DNA from: Octopus sinensis
Taxonomy: Eukaryota
Direction of reading: 5' to 3'
NCBI RefSeq assembly: GCF_006345805.1
Contig: NC_043000.1
Coordinates: 77,872,001-77,936,000 of the forward strand
Length of the DNA stretch: 64,000 nucleotides
Numbering within the stretch: the stretch's first letter is position 1; each line of letters starts with the position of its first letter. Positions 1 to 13,155 of this stretch are shown here, one piece after another. Made by a program: the position numbers and the translations under genes. The notes beneath the pieces were generated by a model. That model was not told where the DNA came from, searched no databases, and was given only the letters and a program-made list of their open reading frames with translations.

Positions 1-14
1 TATATATGTATATG

Positions 15-97
<83 letters not shown>

Positions 98-487
98 AAT
101 TATTAGAGAATTACCACTATGTGGATAGCTCTAGTGCTAAAACTAGCTCTGATAGTATAGCCACAGAAAAAATGTTTCCACTTAGAAATAACATTACATT
201 TAACGGAAGGAAAGTGAAATACAACGAATAAATAGATTGACCCTGAACAATTGTTTCATTACTAATGTAATATGTAATTTTACTTACATAAACATCTATA
301 AATCATCAGCAGAGGTTTGTCTTAAATACAATTTATTAGACCAACACGAGCGTCAAATACAGGTGCGGTTTAACCAATTGCATTTTTAGTTATGCCTCAA
401 AATTCCCCACGAAGAGTATGCTAAGACTCGTTGGAAACGTATGCCGCATCAAATAAAATATTTACTGCCGCATAATTAAATTTATAC

Positions 488-711
488 ATTTATAAATGAG
501 GGTGAAAAATTGATATTAATTTAATAATACCATTAATTTAACGCCAAGTGGCTTAGCACATAATAATTTATGTATAAATTTGTATTTATGTATAAATTTG
601 TATTTATATATAAATTTGTATTTTCTCCCTGTTTTTTTTTGTGCTAAGCCACTTGGCGTTAAATTGATGGTATTATTAAATTAATATCAATTTTCACCCT
701 CATTTATAAAT
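488..711. repeat. Inverted repeat (fold-back), ~73-bp arms, 79-bp AT-rich spacer
   Basis: 488-560 (atttataaatgagggtg...gcttagcaca) is the reverse complement of 640-711 with about 1 mismatch and 1 indel. Confidence 0.9.
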
Positions 712-769
712 ATATATATATATACACACACATAAATATATGCAAGTATGATTACATGTTTGTTAATGC

Positions 770-930
770 CTTTGGCATAACCTAGTAGTTAGAAAGCTCA
801 TTCAAAAACATGACGACCCGGTTCGATTCCGCTCAAAGGCATCTTGTGTAGCTGTCTCGTACAATAGCCCTGGATGAAGCAAAGACTTTTGCGTAAAACT
901 GGACCGACGGAATCTGTGAGGAAGCTCACA
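770..930 (+). mobile_element. Degenerate tRNA-derived SINE 5' fragment
   Basis: B-box-like ggttcgattcc near 829; downstream sequence resembles the SINE copies at 9379 and 28939; boundaries approximate. Confidence 0.5.
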
Positions 931-2094
931 GGATGAACTCAATCAATAATTCAAATATCGTGTCCCCCTAATTTTGTCTGACAATTACATAAAAGTGCAA
1001 GTAGCATTGGAATATTCAACCAGTTCGCATGTTAATGCAATGAGTTGGCAGTGCAGTTGATTTAAAACCGAGCGAGAAAAGCGACAATAGTCCATCTATT
1101 TCTGTCCCTTCGCAGCTTGCGCGCGCGCGTGTGTGAGGGAGACGTGGAATTAGGAGAAAAGAAATGAAGGAAAGAGACAAATAAGGTAATGATGAGAGAG
1201 CAAATATGTGTGTTGACAGTGTAGTAATATATGTTGTATTGTAATATATAAATGCCTGGCAATCATTTGTACTATTTTTGAATTTCTTTACAAACATAAA
1301 CTCAGACACACACATATGTTCCTGTTCACATGCGCACACACACAAACACAGACTTACATGCTTTCATACAAACACACACACACGCGCAAGCGCGTGCGCG
1401 CCCACGCAGGGATACACGTGCATATGCATGTCTGTATATCTGAATGTGTTTGAGTATCTGTGTGTATGCATCTATGCGAATGTGTCACTATAATTTCTGC
1501 ATTTCTATTTATTTTGCTCATCTCATTTAATGCATATTTAATGAAATTCATGAATCATTAGATTGAAATGAGAATATGCACGCGCACACGCACTCAAACT
1601 CATACACTTACGCATACATTAATTAGGTTGGCGTCCATCGGTCAAGATGACCATGTATCTGCACGTGTATACGCGGACTTACACACAATCGTTTGAAGAA
1701 AAGCTATGCTTGTAGGTCTCTCCACGCGATCGATCTTTATGTAAAGAAAAAACTGCCTGCACAGCTTGGCATTCTCCTGGTCGCAGGCGTTGCTGTGAGA
1801 TGCAAAAAGACCGGAAGAGATACTGAAAATCATCTTTCTCAATCCTCTAATAGTTTCGCCAATCTCCTGCTCTTGGTTGGTGCATTTTAACGGCCCCAAA
1901 AGAATGAAAGTGTAAAGTTGATTTCGGTGAGATTTGAACTCAGCGTGCAGCATCGGAACAAATACCGCAAGGCTTTCTAATCAATGCATTAACGATTCTG
2001 CAAATTTATCGCCAGCTACTTACACTAATGCACGCATGTATGTATGTATGTATTTCAGCATCCGTGTGTATGTATCTATCTATGTGGATGTGTT

Positions 2095-2560
2095 GCTATA
2101 ATTGTGATTAGCAGTTGCCCCAAAATGCGACATGATGTTGTTGGAAAAACAATATACAATGCCATTCGGAAAAAAAGACTGTCCTGGATTAAATATAGAG
2201 AATCACCACAAATATCAACACAAGGATTATTGGTGGAACATTCCTATCAAAACTTTTGTCTGGTGAGAATATAACAGATAGGATATTATTTGGGAAAGCA
2301 AGAAAAATATATACCATCATAGAGGTTAGCTGTCCTACAGATGTGTATATCTCTTTCAAAATCAAAGAGAAAGAGGATAACCATAGACAACAGCTTCGAA
2401 ACGTCACATTTATACGAATAACCATTGGTGCACTTGGTTTTATGAGTAAATATTTATTTGACAAACTGGATAAGCTAAGGTTTTCAGAAAACGAACAAAT
2501 ACAATCCGTAAGAGGAAAAGTAAAATTGTGCACGACTTTTCTCGAGTTTAATGTACATTT
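2095..2560 (+). pseudogene. C-terminal relic of an RLE-type (R4/NeSL-like) non-LTR retrotransposon ORF
   Basis: Frameshifted peptides ISSCPKMRHDVVGKTIYNAIR (knuckle remnant), TIIEVSCPTD..KIKEKE (PD-(D/E)xK-like) and ITIGALG. Confidence 0.65.
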
Positions 2561-2909
2561 TAATGTAACATTGTTTTGTTATCTAAAAATACGGTGCTTG
2601 GTATTTTTGTTAGAAACCAATTCCTTCCTCAGAGGAAGAATTTAAATAGTAAAAAGAAAGCACGCGCGCAGACACACACACACACACACACACACATATT
2701 AGTAAGTTAAATGAGAACTCCATTACGTAATATATTGTAGGCATAAAGGCAGGCTCAGCTTATCCAATGTCCAGCGTTTAACCCAATACCTCGGGCCGAC
2801 CAAAGCCTTTTGAGTTGATTTGAATTTGATAGACGGAAACTGAAAGAAGTCTGTCGTATATATATATATATACACGACAGTTGTTTTTAAACTATGGAAA
2901 ACAACTTGC

Positions 2910-5898
2910 GTGGATGAAGAAACTAACTCCTTACAACGCTGGGATAAACAAGCCAATTTCTTTAATAACTACGAAACTCAGTTTAACATAGAAAACGCAT
3001 CGGATAACCCCTTCCTGAAGAAAAATAAACCAAAAACAGACACAGAAATGACCCCACGTGCATTAAACACAAACCACAGACGGTCTAGGGGACGTAACTC
3101 GACCTTCTTTAACTCTCTTACTCCACCAAATAACTATCAAACAACTATAGATTATTCAACCCACAGGAGTAAATCTAGACTTAATCTTCAAGGTATCCCA
3201 CATACAAAACAAAGATTTCATCGGAACTTCCAGACTAACCTAAGTTTTGGTGAACCAGTTCCTACCAGGAAGAACTTACCTCCGATACTTTACCCCCAAC
3301 ACAGCCACTTCAAGCAGTCAACGAGACAAAACATGACTAGACAACATAACCTCTCCCTCCAACCATATCACAATATTCAAAATCAAACAAACCCAAACTA
3401 CATTAGCCACAGACGATATAACAACCCTCAGTACAACCATAATCCAGTACACTACACAACCACTCCACCACAAACATACTACCATAGACACACTTTACAC
3501 CCAACTTTCCCTCAGCAAACCAAACAAAATACAGGCCTTCCACTACAATCCACATACTACAACCATTTTTTAGACGCAAACCAGAGAAACAGAGATGTGA
3601 AATGGAAACAAATAAACAAGTCCGACCGAAAATAATCAACCTGACAAAGAAAATCCTGAGTTCTATACAAATCAAAAACCCAGCAAGAGGTTTAAAATTT
3701 ACCCTTACCCCCACAGATCGAACCCAAATGAAATTAAGGACAATACTTTGGACTTCTGCCGAAAATTACGCCTCACAGAAGCTCTTTACAACTACACCAG
3801 TGAAGATGATTCAATAGTGAAAAACAAAAGTGAGTACCATCCTACAAAAGGTAGAAATAAAGCACTTGATGTTTTCTGTGATCACATAACTTGTTTTTCT
3901 TACAATACCATTCCAAAACAACATATCAAATCCAACCTTAATTTAAATGAATGGAAAGACCTTGTCGAGCTAAAAAATGATATAAACCCCACTATTAAAG
4001 AAGCCGACAAAGGAAGTGCGGTAGTATTGATGGATACAGAGTACTACAAAAATTTAATACTTTCCATGTTGGAAAATAATACTTACTATGAGAAACTAAC
4101 ATATTACAACCCACAGAAAACACTGAAAAACTTATCCTCCTTACTCCAAATTTATGGAAACGGTCTGACAACACATGAAATAGACTATTTATCCAATTTC
4201 AAATAAAATCCTAGTCTATTCTACGGATTACCCAAAATACATAAAAATCCACTCATTTGTGAAGCCTGCAAAGTCTCTACAAGCCTGTGCATTAATGTCC
4301 CTCCCCCTACAGACCCCAAACTCAGACCCATCATAGCTGGCCCTTCTTGTGAAACCCACCGTTTGAGCAACTTCCTCGACATATTACTCAAACTTCTTTT
4401 AAAATATGTGAAAAGCTTTATCAGGGATGACCTAGACATGCTGAACCACCTCCCGAAGACAGTAAAGGACGGAACACTACTGGTATCTTTCGATGTGGTG
4501 AATCTATACACCAATATCCCACACGACTATGGTATAGAATCAATCACATTTTGGCTAGAAAAATACCCAGAAGAGATCCCAGGACGAATTAACCACTATT
4601 TTATAATTGAAGCACTGAAATTCGTCCTGCTGAACAATCACTTCTTGTTCGATACTACTTACTATCGACAAAAATGCGGTATTGCAATGGGAACCAGAGC
4701 TGCTCCAGTGATTGCAAACCTCGTAATGGGTTACCACGAACTCAAGTTATACCAATCATCACTAGAAAAATTTGGCGCCTCTTTTAATTGTTATTTAAAG
4801 GAGAACTGGAAGAGATATTTAGATGATTGCTTCATACTTTGGAAAGACAGCATGGATCAACTCCTTGATTTCAAAAGAATGCTCAACAACATACACAGCA
4901 ATATACAATTCACTATGGAATACAACAGTAAGCAACTCCCTTTTCTAGACATCTTAATTAGAATAGTTAACAACCACATAGAAACAGACATCTTTTATAA
5001 ACCCACAGATTCTAAACAATACCTATTATTTAACTCCTGCCACCCCAAACACATAAAAATCAGCATACTCTTTAACCTAGCAAAAAGAATCTGCACCATA
5101 GTTTCCGATACTTATACTCGAGAACATAGACTCCTTCAACTTAAATCTACATTAACTAAAAGACATTACCCAATCTCATTAGTAAGTGAAGGCATCAAAA
5201 GAGCTAAGGAAATAGACATACAAATGTTAAGGAAAACTAGCCGAAATACTAAACAAGACTTAAAAATACTCCCGTACATTTTCACACATAACCCCAGAAA
5301 CAACGAAGCCTTCAACATCATCACCCAAAACCTTCCCATCCTCACAGCAGACAAAACAATGAACGAAATTTTAAGCTCATATAAAATTATAAAAAGCAAA
5401 AAGCAACCGAAGTCACTGAAAAAAATATTAACCAGCGCTAGACTGTATCCACTAACAACAGAGCCAAAAGTGACAAAATGTGGACGTTCTAACTGTGGAA
5501 CACGCCCCCACCTTCTGGAGGGTTCAGAATTCCAATTCAAACAAGGAGAAATATTTAAGATCAAATCAAATTCCACCTGCGCCTCAGCAAATGTAATCTA
5601 TGTCATGACATGCATAGGATGTGGTAAACTCTATATTGGACAAACAGGAATTTCGCTCCGTCAAAGAATCACTATTCACAAAGAGCAAATCCGTCACCCA
5701 CAATACAGACAGTTAAAGGTGAGTGAACATATAGAAAGGTGTGCCAGGAATCTTAATCCCAATTTCCAAATATTTCCCTTTTACCAATGTTCACAGAACA
5801 CCACAATGCAACAAAGGTTGAATAAAGAGGCATTTTTCATCAATAAATTTCTCCCCCAACTAAATATGAACACACAACTCAATACAGAACACCACTAA
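2910..5898 (+). pseudogene. PLE reverse transcriptase-GIY-YIG endonuclease polyprotein (frameshifts near 3630 and 3740, in-frame TAA at 4204-4206)
   Basis: Motifs RGLKFTLTP, IKEADKGSAVV, YGLPKIHK, LRPIIAGP, SFDVVNLYTNIP, GIAMGTRAAP, RYLDDCF, LPFLDI, FYKPTD, NVIYVMTCIGCGKLYIGQTG. ORFs 3748-4206 and 4363-5898 are in the same frame. Confidence 0.93.
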
Positions 5899-6066
5899 CT
5901 CTTCAATTGAAACCACTAACCCCTATACACGTCCGACACCACTCAGATTTCTAAATCCAGAATTACTTACCTCCCTTACAAATAATCCAGAACTACTTAC
6001 CTCCCTTACAAATAATATTTTTTCTCAGGAACTATTAGACTTGGCACCGTGTATTAGCCGGTGCTT

Positions 6067-6105
6067 CAAACGATGAAAAGTTTTGCGTAAACCATGGTCC
6101 GTTTT
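6067..6105 (+). ncRNA. Decayed type I hammerhead motif in the PLE1 3' region
   Basis: caaacg/cgttt stem I and palindromic stem III ACC-AT-GGT-C; catalytic core damaged (ATGA instead of CTGATGA; GTAAA). Confidence 0.5.
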
Positions 6106-6310
6106 GTTCTCTTACTTTATTATCATCTTATAATCATCTTATAACAATGACTTTTTTGACTCGTATTACTACCTCAGTCAATCTAAATGTATATATTTGT
6201 CGTTACCTGTCATAAATAGCCTTTTTTTTATTTGCAATGTGCATTTTCGTTGATTTTTCATATTTTACCCTTACATTTCCACGTGTATTTTCTATTTTCT
6301 TTTTGTAACA

Positions 6311-6405
<95 letters not shown>

Positions 6406-6550
6406 TTATTTATTTATTTATAACAATAATTAAGGCTTTAGCAACAAGTTGCTTCACCACATACCGAAAATTTTAGAAATAGCAGCCACAGATAACAATA
6501 TTTGTAACTCGCATAGGCAAAAAGAATAAAAATAATGAAATCACACAGTC

Positions 6551-6622
6551 TTCGATTAATTATGGACGCGTTTCCGGATTAGAATTATAAAAATTCATTT
6601 TCGTCATCAACATAATATTTCG
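6551..6622 (-). ncRNA. Minimal type I hammerhead ribozyme (C3U core variant)
   Basis: Minus strand reads attatg-UUGAUGA-cg...cg-GAAA-CGCGUC-cataat: 6-bp stem I, palindromic ACGCGU stem III, GUC triplet. Confidence 0.7.
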
Positions 6623-7579
6623 AGAATTATAAATCTGAAAATGCTAGGAAAACTTACTCCTTGCATTTCTGACCAAGCGCCATCAAAACATACAAAATTT
6701 AATCAGCATATCCACATTTATATAGACCAGTGATTTCGTATGCCCCTCCAAGTTTACCATGTGCGTCACAAGATAGTACTGCAGAAAAAGATCGGCAGTT
6801 TTGTTATCGGCGAGTGAAATAATCATTACAGATATAGGGTAAAAAATTATTAATTTAATAAATTAACAAATAAGTACTAGGCTTACAATGTATAAGTCCT
6901 GGAGTCGATTTCTAAAACCCTTTAAGGCGATGCTTCAGCATGGCTGCAATCAAATGTCTGAAACAAGTAAAAGAATAAAGGAATTCTATATTTACTCATA
7001 TTACCGACAAAAGACTACTTTCCAAAGTTATCCATCAAATGATCTGCAACGTCCTTGTGTTAATAAAACCTTAACTATAATGAAGTCGAGCAAATGCTTC
7101 AGCGAAGAGAATGTATGTATGGCTGTATGTATGCATGGATGGATGGATGTGTGTGCATATAGGTGTGTGGTTAAGAAGCTCGTTTTGCAATTAAATGGTT
7201 TTAGGTTGGTTCAGTCCAACAGCGCTTTACCTTGAAATGATTTAGCGTTATCGTTAGAATGGCCAATACCTTTTGAGTGAATTTGGAGGACGGAAACTGT
7301 GAGGAAGCCCCACTTTCAACCTGTGCTGACGGAGTAAACTAATATGTGGTTTATAGAGCTAATAGCATTAGTATGTTGGTGTGGTTTATCTACATCCGTT
7401 GCTATAATCATATTTCAGTATAAATAGTTACCAAAATGATTTTAACATGCTGGCCACTTGATAAAATCATAAAATAGTTTTATCCTTCATTAATTATATA
7501 TATATGTACGTGTGAGTGTGTGTGTGTGTTTGTGTATTTGTGTGTGTATAGACGGTTATTTTAGCCTCTCACTCACATT

Positions 7580-7610
<31 letters not shown>

Positions 7611-8551
7611 GTATATATATATGTATATATATATATACATGTATATATATATATACATGTATATATATATCTTTATACATACTTACATACATACATACAT
7701 ACATACATACACATACATGCATACATACATATATATATATGCACTGTGTTTTTTTATAAGTTGACAAGGCGCAGTAACATTCACCGACGACAATTGAGAT
7801 GCTCTGTATCAGAATTCGAAATCACGTGATATGGCTATATCTGCTACTTCAGTAGGGAGCTTTTTCTCCCTCGTCAACTTATTAAGATAGTAACTGTTGT
7901 GGCTAATGAGCCATTTTGACTCTTATTTCTAGCTATTTTGACTCTTATTTCTAGCCATTTTGACTCTTATTCCTATCACTTTAGTGACGTTTATAAATGT
8001 GCCTTTAGGTTTTAAATTGCTAATAGGCCACAAATATTATATATACATATTCGTTTTGCATGATTTTTTTATGTGAACTCGTGTTTTGAAACAGATATTG
8101 TTGTATTTGGGGACAGTAATGTTGCCAATATAGCCAATGAAAACACAAACACTATATATTTGGTGTTCACTTGCTTCAGCTTTATTTTATATTAATTTTA
8201 TTTCGGGCAGAGTTCTTTCCTCGCACTTTTGTGACTTCTTCAGTGGTCTTTTGCTTTCTTCTTCCTGTTTTGTGTCTCTCCTTCCTAACGATCTGCCATT
8301 TTTATGTCTTTATTTGCGCATGCGTATATCCCTGTGTGTGTTTTGTTTTGTAAGTGTGTGTGTGGAAATGTGTTTGGTACCTACATTATCTGTATCCCCT
8401 GTTTATTCACGTTCGTTTAATTTAATTGAATTTAATCTATTATAATTTGTTTATGTATTTAATTAATTCCATTTATTTATGTCTATTGTATTAGTTTCAT
8501 AGTATTTATGGGGATCTTAGTCTGCCATTGGTCGTGGTGTGTGTGTGTGGG

Positions 8552-8649
8552 TGCTAGTGTTCCATTCTAGTTTTCTATTTAGGCTACGTTTGGTCAGATT
8601 AGGTTTAGATAAACCCAGCCTAAATAGAAAACTAGAATGGAATACTAGC
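8552..8649. repeat. Hairpin/fold-back, ~33-bp arms
   Basis: gctagtgttccattctagttttctatttaggct versus agcctaaatagaaaactagaatggaatactagc (1 mismatch). Confidence 0.85.
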
Positions 8650-8669
8650 AGGCGCCCCCCCCCCACAAC

Positions 8670-9000
8670 CTATGGCAGAATAAGAAAATTAGTTTTAGTT
8701 CCACCCCAAACTTTAAAAGCATAATTACACACAATGCAACACAACAACACGAAGCCGGCTGTTCCTTCAGGGATAAAGACTTGTTCCCACTAAATGGAGC
8801 CTGTTTGACCGTGGCCATTATTTATGAAGTCATCGTAAATTCCACGAATGCTAATAATACACTTTCCCAACAGAAGGAAATTTCAAAGTAAGATTCAACA
8901 ATCACACCTCGAACTTCAGATACTGGAATAAACGAAAACCTAACAAATTATCCAGTTATATATCGTTCTTAGAAGAACAAGGTGTCAACTACATGATTTA
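8670..9000 (+). pseudogene. PLE C-terminal (GIY-YIG) relic
   Basis: Frameshifted peptides KISFSSTPNFKSII, FPLNGACLTVAIIYEV and TEGNFKVRFNNHTSNFRYWNKRKPNKLSSYI. Confidence 0.65.
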
Positions 9001-9378
9001 CTGGATGATCTTAGCCAAGTGTAAGCCTTATACCAGCAGTAGTTGCAAGTGCGGTCTTCGTAATATGGAAAGATGGGTCGTCTGAAAAAGTTCCTTGGAC
9101 CACGCTACATGTTTAAATTCAAGAACTGAACTTTTTGGAACATATCCATATGTCACAAAATACCTTTTAAGGTTTTGCACCCCCCACCCAAAGATCACGG
9201 ATAGAATCCACATTTCTATGTTCCTGCACAAGATTTCCCTTTTTTTAAAACTTCCATTAATTGTTAACTTTTTATTTTTTAACATATATATATATATTCG
9301 TTTTTTTCCTTTTTCATTTTTAATTGTGTGAGTGTATACGTGTGTGTGCATATGGATATGCATGTATATATATTATAT

Positions 9379-9583
9379 ACTCTCTTTTACTTGTTTCAAT
9401 CATTTGACTGCGGCCATGCTGGAGCACCGCCTTTAGTCGAGCAAATAGACCCCGGGACTTATTCTTTGTAAGCCCAGTACTTATTCTATCAGCAGTCTTT
9501 TGCCGAACCGCTAAGTGACGGGGACGTAAACACACCAGCATCGGTTGTCAAGCAATGCTAGAGGACAAACACAGACACACAAT

Positions 9584-9633
<50 letters not shown>

Positions 9634-9794
9634 TACGACAGGCTTCTTTCAGTTTCCGTCTACCAAATCCACTCACAAGGCATTGGTCGGCCCGGGTCTA
9701 TAGCAGAAGACACTTGCCCAAGATGCCACGCAGTGGGACTGAACCCGCAACCATGTGGTTGGTTAGCAAGCTACTTACCACACAGCCACTCCTG
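9379..9794 (-). mobile_element. tRNA-derived SINE, near full length
   Basis: Minus strand starts caggagtggctgtgtggtaag (A box) ... gggttcagtccc (B box); highly similar to copies at 28939-29354 and 33178-33591. Confidence 0.9.
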
Positions 9795-10013
9795 GTGTGT
9801 GCGAGTGTATGTGTATATGTATGTATATGTGCGTAAGACTGCGCCAGGTGCATATGTGCGACTTTCATGCACACACACCCTTCATTTACACGGATATGTC
9901 TGTTTGTATATAAGCGGGAGTGTGAATGCATGTCTGTATATATATGGCGGTGCCCCAGCATGGCCACAGCTCATTAGCTGAAACTGGAAAAATCAAAATC
10001 AAAATCAATCATC

Positions 10014-10074
<61 letters not shown>

Positions 10075-10194
10075 CATACCATACATATATTTATGCGTAT
10101 AAATGTCTAAATATATATGTATTATGTTACGTGTTGCATGTAACCATCTATGTGTAAATGAGAATGAGGTTGCGTACACATATACATATATACG

Positions 10195-10257
<63 letters not shown>

Positions 10258-12002
10258 ATATGCGTCTATGTATGAGTACATCCATACATATACGTTTGTG
10301 TGAGGGTGTGCGTATGTAGACGTTGTGAACGCAGGAGGTTTAGGTCTATGTATTGTGAGAGTACGGTTGCGTGTATTTTTCTTGTTTCTTTTTCTTTTTC
10401 TACCAATTTGAATAACTTCCTTTTATTCAATGTTTTTTTCATAGCATCTGTTGCCATTAATTGCTGACGAGAATGTATCGTAGCTCTTCTCTCCGACATT
10501 CGAAACTCCGAGTACTATAATGACAACCTTTTACTTCTTGTTCTAAATTATAAAATATATTAATAATCCTCTATTTATCTAATATCAATGTCTCATTCTT
10601 TTGCTGTTACTTTTTTCTATTATTATATACATAAATACACATTCAGTACAGGATATAGCAATGAGGGAAAATACGTAAACACACGAGAGATAAGTATAGG
10701 ACAAAATTTAAAAAAATACACAATAATTACAGGTCATCACCAACGAGTGAAAATATATAAACACGTGAGAGTTAAGTACAGAACAACATACAAAAAAAAC
10801 TGTTTTACTACTCCCCATTTCGTGCTTTCAACAAGATCGGAAAACTGCCTCTCCCCCGCATTCGCTCTCTCTGTTACATTCTCACTCTATCACGAGCACT
10901 TTCGCTCTTTCACTCAAACTCCAAGTTGTCACTCTTCGCCTTGCACCTTCTTACTTTTTCTCACTCACTCTTTCTCTCTTTCACAAAATTGTTCTCCCTA
11001 TTTTTTATCTATTTATCTCTCTTAGTTTCGCGCTCGCACATATGTAGTCATCTTTTCTCTTTCTCTCCCTCTCTCTAATACACTTTTTTCCTCCGTTTCG
11101 TTGTCACTCACAAACACAAACTTTCACTATCTTAGTCTCTCTCTCTCTCCCCTCTCTTTCCCCCTTTCCCTCTCTCTCTCTCTCTCTCTCTTTCACACAC
11201 ACACAAATACACACTTTCCTCTTTCTCTTTTAATCTCGCTCACACATTCTCTCTCTTATTCTCCCTTTCTTTCTCTCTTTCTTTCTCTCTCACTTTCTTT
11301 TTCTATCTCTCTTTCTCTCTCTCTCTCTATCTCTATCTATCAATCTCTATCCCTCTGTCTATCTCGTTTTCAGATCTTTACTCAAACCACTTTCCGTATT
11401 TCACAGATACCTTTGACGTAACTCAGGGCCGTTTCATCCGTCCCGAGCAGCCACATCTGCCTTACTCACGTCTTCAGAAGTACTTCATCTATTTAATTGA
11501 CACCCTCTAGACAAGAGAACGATGTCCACTTGACACAGGAAGGAACACATACTTCTTAAGCCCGTTCCATCTCTGATTATTTTAGAAGAAAAGCGCTTAA
11601 GATGTCGACCGATGCTTACATGGTGAATGGCACATCGCACGGCTTTGTAGCACGTAAAGGCTTACTGATCTGGTTTATTGTAAATGCAGTTCGAATATTG
11701 ATTTATGATCTATAAGAAAAGGATTTTCCTTTCAAGCAGCGACTCAATCATCAATGTCGCACCCTCACTATCTCTCTAGCGTTTCTTTTTCCTTTCTCTT
11801 CTCTAAATGTATCACTCTCCTCATTTCTGTCTCCCACCCTAGCAGGATTTCACTTTCCTCCTTACAGTCACGCCCCCATATTATTCGTGTATGTGTGTGT
11901 GTGTGCGCGTGTGTGTGCGTGTGCGTGTGTGTATGTGCGTGTGTGTGTGTATGGGTGCGTGTGTGTGTATATATGTATATAAATTTATATGCATTCATAC
12001 AT

Positions 12003-12079
<77 letters not shown>

Positions 12080-12296
12080 AAATAGAAAGATGAATAATCT
12101 TGTAGTAGATTAATCAAAAGTTTAACCGATACCTTAGTAGCAAAAATCACAGCAGTAAAGAAGAGAAAGACACAATATGGTCCCATTATTCAATCGGATT
12201 TTGGTAATTTGTGCCTTTCGAAACACGTGTAGAATGAAATAAAACGATTTCTGTTCAATCTGCGTTCAGCTCCATTTCTTCAATTCACCAATAATG

Positions 12297-12358
<62 letters not shown>

Positions 12359-12380
12359 GGGGGTATGTGTGTGTGTGTGC

Positions 12381-12422
<42 letters not shown>

Positions 12423-12671
12423 GCGCGTATACAGTGTCAGGCGGAGAGAGATTGATAGATAGATAGTTAAATAAAGAGGTAGATATGCATACAAAGACAT
12501 ACGTGTATGTTAGCAAATATATATGCATATGTAAAAATATATATATGTATATATATCTATCTATATATATATACATCTATATGAGTGTGTATATATGTAT
12601 ATATATTTACTCACATACATATAAATGTATATGCGTGTATATATATATATGTGTGTGTGTTTGTGTATGTG

Positions 12672-12703
<32 letters not shown>

Positions 12704-13155
12704 AATAAATATATACGTATAACATAAAGCAGGAAGGCATAAATTTCACACACTTATACACAACCACTCTCTCACTCACACGCACACGCTCACACACACA
12801 CATAACATGCACACAATCTACGCCCCGCCCCACTACTTAATTTTATATGTCTTAGAGATCATTGAAATTCTATATTGATATTATTGCCTGCTATAAATTC
12901 TACTTCTTTGCAGTCCTTCATCTTATAGACATCTATTCTCTCTTATTGTACACCACAGTAATGTGTTTAGTCCTTGTTATAAAATAAAAGATGAAGATAA
13001 TAGATAACTATAGAGTATTTACCTCTTAATAAATTAGTGGTGATTTAATAGTTTTCATAATAAAACATTATACGGAGACCTGTCCATATACATATAGAAA
13101 TATAAATCTATAAATATATATTCTGTTGGTGAGTGTAGTTTTTGTCTGTTACTAT

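Larger units (their letters stand above)
2910..6110 (+). mobile_element. Penelope-like retroelement, family 1 (near full length, disrupted)
   Basis: RT plus C-terminal GIY-YIG ORF, followed by a 3' UTR with a 30-bp tandem repeat (~5957-6016), a GCACCG/CGGTGC hairpin and a decayed hammerhead motif. Confidence 0.92.

Noticed and set aside
4204-4206. Programmed readthrough or selenocysteine in PLE1 or the Helitron
   Set aside because: Both in-frame stops are TAA, not TGA, and coexist with frameshifts, so they look like ordinary decay or sequence error.
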